Below are positions 26,401 through 32,000 of a stretch of DNA of 32,000 nt, in pieces. The stretch is from Erysipelotrichaceae bacterium. Its GTDB lineage: Bacteria; Bacillota_I; Bacilli_A; Erysipelotrichales; Erysipelotrichaceae. How positions within the stretch are numbered: position 1 is the first letter of the stretch; the number at the start of each line of letters is the position of its first letter. The translations under genes and the position numbers were made by a program. The notes under the pieces are model-generated. The model saw only the letters and a list, made by a program, of their open reading frames with translations, did not search any database and had not been told where the DNA came from. The stretch spans positions 30,001 through 62,000 of the forward strand of contig JAUVVC010000009.1 in assembly GCA_030604855.1 (NCBI GenBank), in the 5' to 3' direction.

Positions 26401-27726
26401 TTTGGTTATGTGAAGGGATATTTGGAAGAAATGGGCTTGGAAGGAAGTTTGCGTCAAGCCATGATGAACTACATGGCATCGGGTTGTGAAGGGGTTAAAC
26501 GAACCTCGGGTCAACATCCAGGAGGTATTATCGTCATCCCTCAGGAGAATGATGTGCATGATTTCACACCGGTACAATATCCTGCGAACAAGGCTCAATC
26601 GGAATGGCTTACGACACATTTTGAATTTGCGGACATCCATGACAACGTCTTGAAACTGGATATCTTGGGACATGTGGATCCGACAGCCATGAAGATGTTG
26701 CAGCGCTTGACCAAAGTCGATGTTCGCACGATTCGTATGAATGACAAAGATGCGATTTCTGTCTTCAGCTCCATTGAAGCACTTAAGATCATTAATCCAC
26801 ACTATAATGAGAAAACAGGGGCAGTTGGACTTCCCGAATTTGGGACAGGCTTCGTGCGCCAGATTCTTGAAATGACACATCCTCAGAACTTCTCTGGCTT
26901 GGTTCGTGTGTCAGGTTTATCCCATGGGACCGATGTCTGGCTGAACAATGCTAAGAATCTGATCGATGAAGGCTATCCTTTCAGTGATGTCATCGGTTGT
27001 CGTGATGACATCATGGTGTACTTGATTCACAAAGGCTTACCGGCCAAATCCGCATTTGACATCATGGAATCGGTTCGAAAGGGCCGTGGTTTAAGAGATG
27101 AATGGAAGGCACTCATGGCTCAACATGCGGTTCCGGAGTGGTACATTCAATCCTGCTTGAAGATCAAATACATGTTTCCTAAAGCCCATGCCGTTGCCTA
27201 TGTTTTGATGGCCGTTCGGGTGGCTTGGTTCAAAGTCAACTATCCCTTGGCTTATTATGCCAGTTATTTCAGCTTGAGAGCCACTTCACATGAATATGAG
27301 ACCTACATCTTAGGTGAGGGAAAGATTCTTGAACGATTGAAAGATATCCAACGTCGATTGAATGACAATCGACTTAAGAATACGGTCTCGCATAAAGAAG
27401 CTGAATTGTTTGGAAGCTTGGAAGTTGCCTACGAGATGATGTCACGGGGTTATCACTTCAGTCCGCTTCAGCTGAATGCGTCACTTGCCAATGAGTTCAC
27501 TTTTGATCCAAAGAATCCAAAAGCATTGATTCCACCCTTTACGATAGTGGATGGATTGGGTGAGAACGTTGCGAAATCTATCGTCGAAGCACGAGAGATA
27601 CGACCCTTTATTTCAAAGGAAGATGTGATGGCCCGTACGCAAGTGAACAATACCACAATCAAAAAGTTTGAACTGTATGGTTTGTTGGATCATTTGGATG
27701 AACAGAATCAAATGAGCTTATTTTAA
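23407..27726 (+). CDS. polC: DNA polymerase III PolC-type (replicative polymerase with intrinsic 3'-5' exonuclease)
   Basis: 1439 aa. It has PHP motifs (ELHLHTNMS, ITDHNS), a DEDDh exonuclease insert (VVLDLETTGLS...AHNARFDIGFL...GAHRADYD), a Zn-finger region (CMKCHH...CPICGS), and the core motifs PDIDLNFS and KAHAVAYV. ATG 23407 abuts the upstream stop (TAAATG). Confidence 0.97.
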   Translation: MLDIKPLINKMNLDLLDQVYFNDAFIQRVQFYRDERRVVLELKLKQNLTFDLYQKFVQELEKILGVQTTLLLNVQDNDLTQKDLQRYVNHCIDENHWSLLQNNRLYTFEQDILYFMVESHVDAFLMERQLSELSNALRIYGIDYACKQRVASQSIEIEEVPVIIQEEPEFNRNPAKTKRIKKEDSLLVPLKDCVLGMKGIKIQGKIFNIESQWIKNNTTLRQTVFLHDEEDALSFSQFLDNKEEIDKYGLLKKGDCLEIYGDIIYDNFNKDIQIQVRDIRIIPDWMKRSDEASDKRIELHLHTNMSEMDGVSPIEAYIQQAYDWGHDAIAITDHNSVQAYPKAQKAVEALNKKNPNRNFKMIYGLEMNMVESGYSIVQNPKGQSLHDTTYVVLDLETTGLSSHFDAIIEFAAVKVQAGMIVDRIQMFVNPKRKLSSFNIEKTHIKQSDVDAAHELHDVIDTWLKFIGDGVILAHNARFDIGFLNAALYGLNRPHLTNTVIDTLDLSKALLKDKKYYRLGVIAKHFKIPYDEAGAHRADYDTEVLLQVYQKMLVHDACLGLKTVDQLNELDQSLAFQKNMKNHVNLLARNQAGLKAIFELVTIAHTARLTNSSVNRAENDGMSEPRITRDDILCLRKDVLIGSSCFNGELFELAANRSDEELIKAIQFYDYVEVQPLENYRPLVENGSVPDMDRLKAILIRLIQTSIKLQKPVLASGDAHYLNPMDKKFRDVYIQAKGVGAGRHPLYIYNETRRKTSIAPDQHFRTTDEMLDAFAFLGLDLAYRLVVSNPRFVANQIETVHAIKKDLYTPSIEGADEKLRMLVYANAYGIYGDVLPEIVVDRIEKELNSIITHGFGVIYYIAHLLVKKSIEDGYLVGSRGSVGSSLVATLANITEVNPLAPHYVCMKCHHSEFVLDGSVDSGYDLPDKKCPICGSDLHMDGHDIPFETFLGFEGDKVPDIDLNFSGDYQDKAHAYTKVLFGEDHVYRAGTISTVAQRTAFGYVKGYLEEMGLEGSLRQAMMNYMASGCEGVKRTSGQHPGGIIVIPQENDVHDFTPVQYPANKAQSEWLTTHFEFADIHDNVLKLDILGHVDPTAMKMLQRLTKVDVRTIRMNDKDAISVFSSIEALKIINPHYNEKTGAVGLPEFGTGFVRQILEMTHPQNFSGLVRVSGLSHGTDVWLNNAKNLIDEGYPFSDVIGCRDDIMVYLIHKGLPAKSAFDIMESVRKGRGLRDEWKALMAQHAVPEWYIQSCLKIKYMFPKAHAVAYVLMAVRVAWFKVNYPLAYYASYFSLRATSHEYETYILGEGKILERLKDIQRRLNDNRLKNTVSHKEAELFGSLEVAYEMMSRGYHFSPLQLNASLANEFTFDPKNPKALIPPFTIVDGLGENVAKSIVEAREIRPFISKEDVMARTQVNNTTIKKFELYGLLDHLDEQNQMSLF

Positions 27727-27737
27727 CGGTGTTAAAC

Positions 27738-27766
27738 TTGCATTTTCATGTGATTTTGTGTATTAT
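27738..27766 (+). promoter_or_regulatory. promoter of the rimP-nusA-ylxR-ylxQ-infB operon
   Basis: TTGCAT (27738-27743), a 17-nt spacer, then TATTAT (27761-27766). Confidence 0.55.
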
Positions 27767-27785
27767 GATTGCGTAGATGAGAAAA

Positions 27786-27818
27786 AAGGAGTGGTTCGCC
27801 ACTCCTTACTTATTGTTT
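27786..27818 (+). terminator. leader hairpin with imperfect U-tract (candidate attenuator/terminator upstream of rimP)
   Basis: Perfect 9-bp stem AAGGAGTGG (27786-27794)/CCACTCCTT (27799-27807) with a TTCG loop, followed by ACTTATTGTTT (27808-27818). It lies between the promoter and the rimP SD. Confidence 0.5.
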
Positions 27819-27827
27819 AAGGAGAAT

Positions 27828-28292
27828 ATGGAACTCAAAGAAATTGAAGCATTGATTAAGCCTGCTTTATTAAAACACCAGGTTGAGTTGGCAGAATTGA
27901 AATGGACCCAAGAAGCGTCCATGCGTATTTTGCAATGTGCCGTGATGTTTGAGGATGGGACGATGGATCTGGACACCTGTAGCTTGATCGCAACCGATAT
28001 CTCACCCTTGTTGGATGAAAGTCCTTTAAAGGATATGAATTATTATCTTGAAGTCTGTTCGCCAGGAGCGGAACGTGAGCTGAAAGATGATCTTGATATC
28101 AAACGATCGATTATGAAGGAAGTCAAAATACTGTTTCATCACCCGCTTGAGAAAGCCTTGGAATGGAATGGAACTTTGATGGACTATGATGGTGTTACAG
28201 GCTTGCTTCAGGTTCAAATAAAAGCTCGTAAAAAATTATTGAAGTTTGAGAAAGAAAATATTGCTAAAATCCATTTGGCAGTGAAAATCTAA
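27828..28292 (+). CDS. rimP: ribosome maturation factor RimP
   Basis: Start moved to ATG 27828 (MELKEIEALIKPAL...) behind AAGGAG (27819-27824; the spacing is short). YLEVCSPGAEREL is the family signature. An in-frame ATG at 27777 would add 17 aa. Confidence 0.88.
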   Translation: MELKEIEALIKPALLKHQVELAELKWTQEASMRILQCAVMFEDGTMDLDTCSLIATDISPLLDESPLKDMNYYLEVCSPGAERELKDDLDIKRSIMKEVKILFHHPLEKALEWNGTLMDYDGVTGLLQVQIKARKKLLKFEKENIAKIHLAVKI

Positions 28293-28302
28293 GGAGAGGC
28301 GC

Positions 28303-29934
28303 ATGAATTTTAAAGATTTCTTAGCTGCAATGCAAGCGTTGGAAGGGAATCGTAACATTACGAAAGAAATTGTTTTGGAAGCGTTGAATGAAGCGTTGGC
28401 CAAAGCTTATCGTAAGCACATCGAGATTCCAGATGCATTGGTAAAAGTTGATATCGATCATCACACGGGTGAAGTCAATCTTTATCAACAGTACACGATC
28501 GTCGAAGAAGTGGAAGATGATGAACTCGAAATCGGCTTGAAAGAAGCTCAGGCGATTCATCCTGAGTACCAATTGGGTGAATTGCATAATGTCAAAGTGA
28601 ACATCGATGAATTGGGTAGAGCAGCTGCTCTTTTGGCGAAGAACGTCATGAAGCAGAAAATCCGTGAAGCTGAAAAGAAAGCAGTTTACGATGAATACAT
28701 TGATAAATTGGATGAAATGGTCATTGGTATCGTCGAGTCGGTTGAGGAGAAGTTTGTCGTCGTGAATTTGGGTAAAACCCTAGCTATGATGCCAAAAGCG
28801 GCTCAGATTCCTGGTGAAACGTATAAAGAAGGCCAGAAAATTCGTTTAGTCATCACGGAAGTCACTAAAGATACCAAGGGAGCTCAGGTTTTGGTTTCAC
28901 GTGCAGATACGAAGCTTGTCAAACGCTTGTTTGAAAAAGAAGTTCCTGAAATCTTCCAAGGTATTGTGGAGATCAAAGCAATCGCTCGTGAAGCGGGTGA
29001 ACGCACCAAGATGGCGGTCTTCTCAAAACGGGATGACGTCGATCCGATCGGCGCATGCATTGGTCCACGTGGTTCACGTGTCCAAGTGGTCATTGAAGAA
29101 TTAAAGGGAGAAAAGATCGATATCTTTGAATGGCGTGAGAACATCATCGAATTGATTAAGAACGCTTTGAGCCCAGCTCAAATTCTTGCCGTCATTCAAA
29201 GTGAAGAAAAACGCGGGATTGTCGTTGTCGTCGAAGATGATCAACTTTCCTTAGCGATTGGTAAAAAAGGTAAGAATGCACGTCTAGCGGTTCGTTTGAC
29301 AGGGATGAAGATCGACATCAAATCACGCTCGGACATCGAAGCTGAAGGTCGTGATTGGAATCGTGAAGCTCAGGCTTTCTCACTAGAGCAAGAAGCGAAG
29401 ATCGTTGAACGCAAAGCAAGAAAATTGGCTGAAGAGCGTGTTAAACAAGCTGAACTTGAAGCGGCTAAACAACAGGTCTATTCTGAGATCGTTGAAGATT
29501 TGACTTTGAAAGATGAAGAAAGTGCTGATTTCTACGAGGAGAAGGAATACGTTCCAACTGAGACCTTAGTTGTGGAAACACCGATCGTCAAAGAAGTCAA
29601 AGTCGAAGAAGTTAAAGAAGAACCAAAACCTAAGCGTGAACGTAAACCACTTGAAGTGCGTCATGATTATGTTTCGAAATTTGAGGCGATTGCCGATAAC
29701 AAGCCTGTTCCTGAGAAGAAGGAGCTTGTGAAACGTAAGACGAAGAAACAAGAAGAAGAAGAAAGACGTCTTCGTGGTTCTGAGTTGAAGAAGGATAAGG
29801 ATTACGAAATCAAGATTGAATATACCGAAGAGGAATTGGCAGAGATTGCACGTAGTGAGGCTGCTGAAAAATCGCAATGGGAAGACGAAATTGATTTCGA
29901 TGAATTTGAAGATTATTATGAGGATGAAGAATAA
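28303..29934 (+). CDS. nusA: transcription termination/antitermination factor NusA with long Glu/Lys-rich C-terminal extension
   Basis: 543 aa. The NTD, S1 (GIVESVEEKFVVVNLG), KH1 (DPIGACIGPRGSRVQ) and KH2 (LAIGKKGKNARLA) domains end near aa 345. The remaining ~200 aa are low-complexity E/K-rich. SD AAGGAGAGG is upstream. Confidence 0.95.
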   Translation: MNFKDFLAAMQALEGNRNITKEIVLEALNEALAKAYRKHIEIPDALVKVDIDHHTGEVNLYQQYTIVEEVEDDELEIGLKEAQAIHPEYQLGELHNVKVNIDELGRAAALLAKNVMKQKIREAEKKAVYDEYIDKLDEMVIGIVESVEEKFVVVNLGKTLAMMPKAAQIPGETYKEGQKIRLVITEVTKDTKGAQVLVSRADTKLVKRLFEKEVPEIFQGIVEIKAIAREAGERTKMAVFSKRDDVDPIGACIGPRGSRVQVVIEELKGEKIDIFEWRENIIELIKNALSPAQILAVIQSEEKRGIVVVVEDDQLSLAIGKKGKNARLAVRLTGMKIDIKSRSDIEAEGRDWNREAQAFSLEQEAKIVERKARKLAEERVKQAELEAAKQQVYSEIVEDLTLKDEESADFYEEKEYVPTETLVVETPIVKEVKVEEVKEEPKPKRERKPLEVRHDYVSKFEAIADNKPVPEKKELVKRKTKKQEEEERRLRGSELKKDKDYEIKIEYTEEELAEIARSEAAEKSQWEDEIDFDEFEDYYEDEE

Positions 29935-29945
29935 AGGAGGTTTTG

Positions 29946-30209
29946 ATGAAGAAAATTCCTTTAAGACGTTGCGTTGCGACGATAACGCAGGCTCCAAAAA
30001 AAGAGTTGTTGCGCATCGTCAAAACGCCTGAAGGTGAAGTTAAGATCGATCTTTCAGGAAAAGCGAATGGCCGTGGTGCTTATCTATTGAAGTCCTATGA
30101 GGCTTTAGAGGTCGCACGTAAGAAGGGTTCATTGGCTCGTGCATTAGAATGTGAGATTCCCGGACGTTTGTTTGATGAAATCAAGGATTACTTAGATGGC
30201 ATTCAATGA
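29946..30209 (+). CDS. ylxR: YlxR/DUF448 family RNA-binding protein (RnpM-like)
   Basis: ATG 29946 lies 5 nt after AAGGAGG; the track start is a TTG one codon earlier. It has MKKIPLRRCVAT...GRGAYL (the RxC...GRGAY signature) and the conserved position after nusA. Confidence 0.85.
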   Translation: MKKIPLRRCVATITQAPKKELLRIVKTPEGEVKIDLSGKANGRGAYLLKSYEALEVARKKGSLARALECEIPGRLFDEIKDYLDGIQ

Positions 30210-30489
30210 TTATGCGTTTCTCGGCATCATCAAACGCGCCAATGCGTTGGTGAGTGGCGATCGCATGCTTGAAGGAATACGCAACAAGAAAGTTTATTTG
30301 GTCTTGTTGAGTCGGGATGCCTCTATCCGTAGTCAAAAAGTGATACGTGATAAATGTTCGTTTTATGGAATTCCTTTGCTTGATGACCTGGATGGGCAGA
30401 TGCTCATGGCAAACATCAATCAAACGGCCATCGCAATTGGCATCACCAATGTGGATATGGCAAATAAAGTATTAAAAGAAAGTAGGTGA
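30196..30489 (+). CDS. ylxQ: L7Ae/L30e-family RNA-binding protein YlxQ
   Basis: 97 aa. [36 protein letters not shown] resembles B. subtilis YlxQ. It overlaps ylxR by 14 nt and precedes infB. Confidence 0.85.
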   Translation: MAFNDYAFLGIIKRANALVSGDRMLEGIRNKKVYLVLLSRDASIRSQKVIRDKCSFYGIPLLDDLDGQMLMANINQTAIAIGITNVDMANKVLKESR

Positions 30490-30494
30490 TTTTT

Positions 30495-32000
30495 ATGGGG
30501 AGACCCGTAAGAAGAAACAACAAGAAGCCGCGTAAAGGAAATACGCAAAGAGAGTTCAAGCCTCGTGCTGAGCTCGTCACAAAGATTGCATATGAAGAAG
30601 GGATAACGGTCAGTGAACTTGCTGAGAAGTTGAACAAGAACTCCAGTGACCTTATCAAGTTGTTGTTCATGTTGGGTAAGATGGTTACCATCAACTCCAA
30701 TTTGGATGATGAGACGGTTCAACTGATTTGTATGGAATACAATGTGGAAGTGACAAAAGAAGAAGTCGTTGAGGAAGATAGTCTTGAAGACATTGAACTT
30801 GATGATCCTAAAGAGCTTATGGAGCGTTCTCCAATCATCACCATCATGGGGCATGTCGACCATGGTAAGACCAGTTTATTGGATGCGATCCGGAAAACTA
30901 AGGTCGTTGATGGGGAACATGGAGGCATCACACAGCACATCGGTGCCTACCAAGTCACCGTCAATGGTAAGAAGTTGACCTTCTTGGATACACCCGGTCA
31001 TGAAGCATTCACATCCATGCGTGCGCGTGGAGCTAAAGTTACGGATATTGTCATCATTGTGGTGGCTGCAGATGATGGTGTCATGCCTCAGACGCGTGAA
31101 GCCATCGATCATGCGAAAGCTGCTGGGGTACCGATTATTGTTGCCATCAACAAGATTGATAAACCCGGTGCTAATTTTGAGAAGATTTACAATGCATTGG
31201 CCGACTTGGAGTTGACCCCTGAAGAGTGGGGTGGGGAAGTCATGTTCTGTAAGCTCTCTGCTAAAACAGGAGAAGGGATCCAAAACTTACTGGAATCCAT
31301 CTTGGTTGTATCTGAAGTTCAAGATTTAAAAGCCAACCCAAATCGTATGGCAGCCGGTTCTGTCATCGAAGCTCGTTTGGACAAAGGCAGAGGTCCAGTC
31401 GCAACCCTTTTGGTTCAAAATGGAACCTTGCATACAGGGGATATCTTGGTTGTTGGGGCATGTTTTGGTAAAGTTCGTAAAATGACGGATGATCGTGGTC
31501 GCGAGATCAAGGATGCCAAACCTTCAATGCCGGTTGAAATCATCGGTTTAAATGATGTACCGGTCGCAGGGGATATTTTCAAAGTCTTCGACAATGAAAA
31601 GAAGGCTCGTGCGCTTGCTGATCGTCGTTCCCAAGTTAAGATTGATGCTGAACGTAAAGGAAGCTCTTCTGTTAGTTTGGAAGAACTCTCAAAAGCCATT
31701 GAAGATGGCAATCTACAAGAGATCAACATCATCGTCAAAGCGGATGTCCAAGGTTCGGCCGAAGCCATCAAACAAGCTTTGGAGCGTATTGAAGTCGATA
31801 CGGTCCGTATCAATGTCATTCGTTCCACTGTAGGCGCGATTTCTGAATCCGATATCATGTTGGCTTCGGCAAGTAATGCGATCGTCATGGGCTTCAATGT
31901 GCGTCCAGATGCGGTTGTTCGTCGTAAAGCTGAAGAAGAAGGCATCGACATCCGTTTGTATAATGTCATCTATGATGCCGTTAATGAAATGGAAAGTGCG
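30495..32000 (+). CDS. infB: translation initiation factor IF-2 (3' end beyond window)
   Basis: ATG 30495 follows AGGTGA (30484-30489). My own translation gives [15 protein letters not shown]..., an IF2_N-like segment, the G domain [17 protein letters not shown] and NKID, and domains continuing to the window end in frame. The ORF is absent from the track because it has no stop in the window. Confidence 0.95.
   Translation, partial: MGRPVRRNNKKPRKGNTQREFKPRAELVTKIAYEEGITVSELAEKLNKNSSDLIKLLFMLGKMVTINSNLDDETVQLICMEYNVEVTKEEVVEEDSLEDIELDDPKELMERSPIITIMGHVDHGKTSLLDAIRKTKVVDGEHGGITQHIGAYQVTVNGKKLTFLDTPGHEAFTSMRARGAKVTDIVIIVVAADDGVMPQTREAIDHAKAAGVPIIVAINKIDKPGANFEKIYNALADLELTPEEWGGEVMFCKLSAKTGEGIQNLLESILVVSEVQDLKANPNRMAAGSVIEARLDKGRGPVATLLVQNGTLHTGDILVVGACFGKVRKMTDDRGREIKDAKPSMPVEIIGLNDVPVAGDIFKVFDNEKKARALADRRSQVKIDAERKGSSSVSLEELSKAIEDGNLQEINIIVKADVQGSAEAIKQALERIEVDTVRINVIRSTVGAISESDIMLASASNAIVMGFNVRPDAVVRRKAEEEGIDIRLYNVIYDAVNEMESA

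Noticed and set aside
26287-26880. 197-aa antisense ORF inside polC (plus 26195..26479, 26595..26792 and 25948..26133).
   Set aside because: It lies entirely antisense to a highly conserved polC segment, with no SD or promoter. The sense strand rarely uses TTA, CTA or TCA codons (Leu is mostly TTG), which removes stops from the antisense frame and produces long spurious ORFs.
29566-29997. 143-aa antisense ORF (Phe/Leu-rich) opposite the nusA tail, plus small + and - strand ORFs at 29810..30031.
   Set aside because: It is the mirror image of GAA/AAG-rich low-complexity coding sequence. The Phe-rich product arises from TTC/CTT repeats and is not a credible gene.
31415-31969. 184-aa antisense ORF inside infB (also 30876..31283 and 30420..30940).
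   Set aside because: It is antisense to the IF2 G domain and domain II. It is Ser/Thr/Ala-rich junk sequence with no translation signals.
1-32000. Search for CRISPR repeats, IS elements or transposases, integrases, prophage genes, toxin-antitoxin pairs, defence islands, tRNA/rRNA genes, inteins or frameshifted pseudogenes.
   Set aside because: None was seen. All large ORFs are intact housekeeping genes in Bacillus-like synteny. The longest non-coding stretches (134, 101 and 72 nt) are accounted for by promoters and leaders. I therefore do not claim a novel system in this window.

Overview
This is a core-genome window from a low-GC Gram-positive bacterium (Bacillota). The evidence is PolC plus DnaE, the Prp/N-extended L27 pair, Asp23-FakA-RecG and polC-rimP-nusA-ylxR-ylxQ-infB synteny. 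The very compact gene junctions hint at a small-genome lineage such as Erysipelotrichia-like, but that is inference only. I call 30 protein genes, 29 on the + strand and one (a HAD hydrolase) on the - strand. In order they are: ackA (3' part), nrnA, an unknown membrane protein, dnaE, an OmpR-type response regulator, a histidine kinase, a TrmN6-like NPPY methyltransferase, a DUF554 protein, rplU-prp-rpmA, obg, ruvAB, a rhodanese, the HAD hydrolase, murG, murB, divIB/ftsQ, asp23-family, fakA (yloV), recG, rnc, an NfnB/GltD-like flavoprotein, polC, rimP, nusA, ylxR, ylxQ and infB (5' part). I saw no rRNA or tRNA genes, CRISPR arrays, transposases, integrases, phage genes, toxin-antitoxin pairs or recognisable defence genes. 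I did not find convincing evidence for a new multi-gene system, and the region reads as ordinary housekeeping DNA. The signals most worth a second look are regulatory or architectural. (1) A -10 box followed by exactly 6 nt and an ATG with no Shine-Dalgarno (SD) occurs at four loci: ruvA, rnc, the HAD gene, and an 8-codon uORF whose stop overlaps the dnaE start. This suggests leaderless mRNAs. (2) The rimP-nusA leader contains a perfect 9-bp hairpin with a UUCG loop. (3) An orphan NfnB/GltD-like gene is fused by TAAATG junctions between rnc and polC. (4) An uncharacterised 547-aa membrane protein is coupled to nrnA. (5) NusA carries a ~200-aa Glu/Lys-rich tail. (6) GATC looks over-represented by hand count. 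CDS coordinates include the stop codon. Several starts were moved downstream of the ORF-track start to the SD-preceded, homology-consistent ATG.
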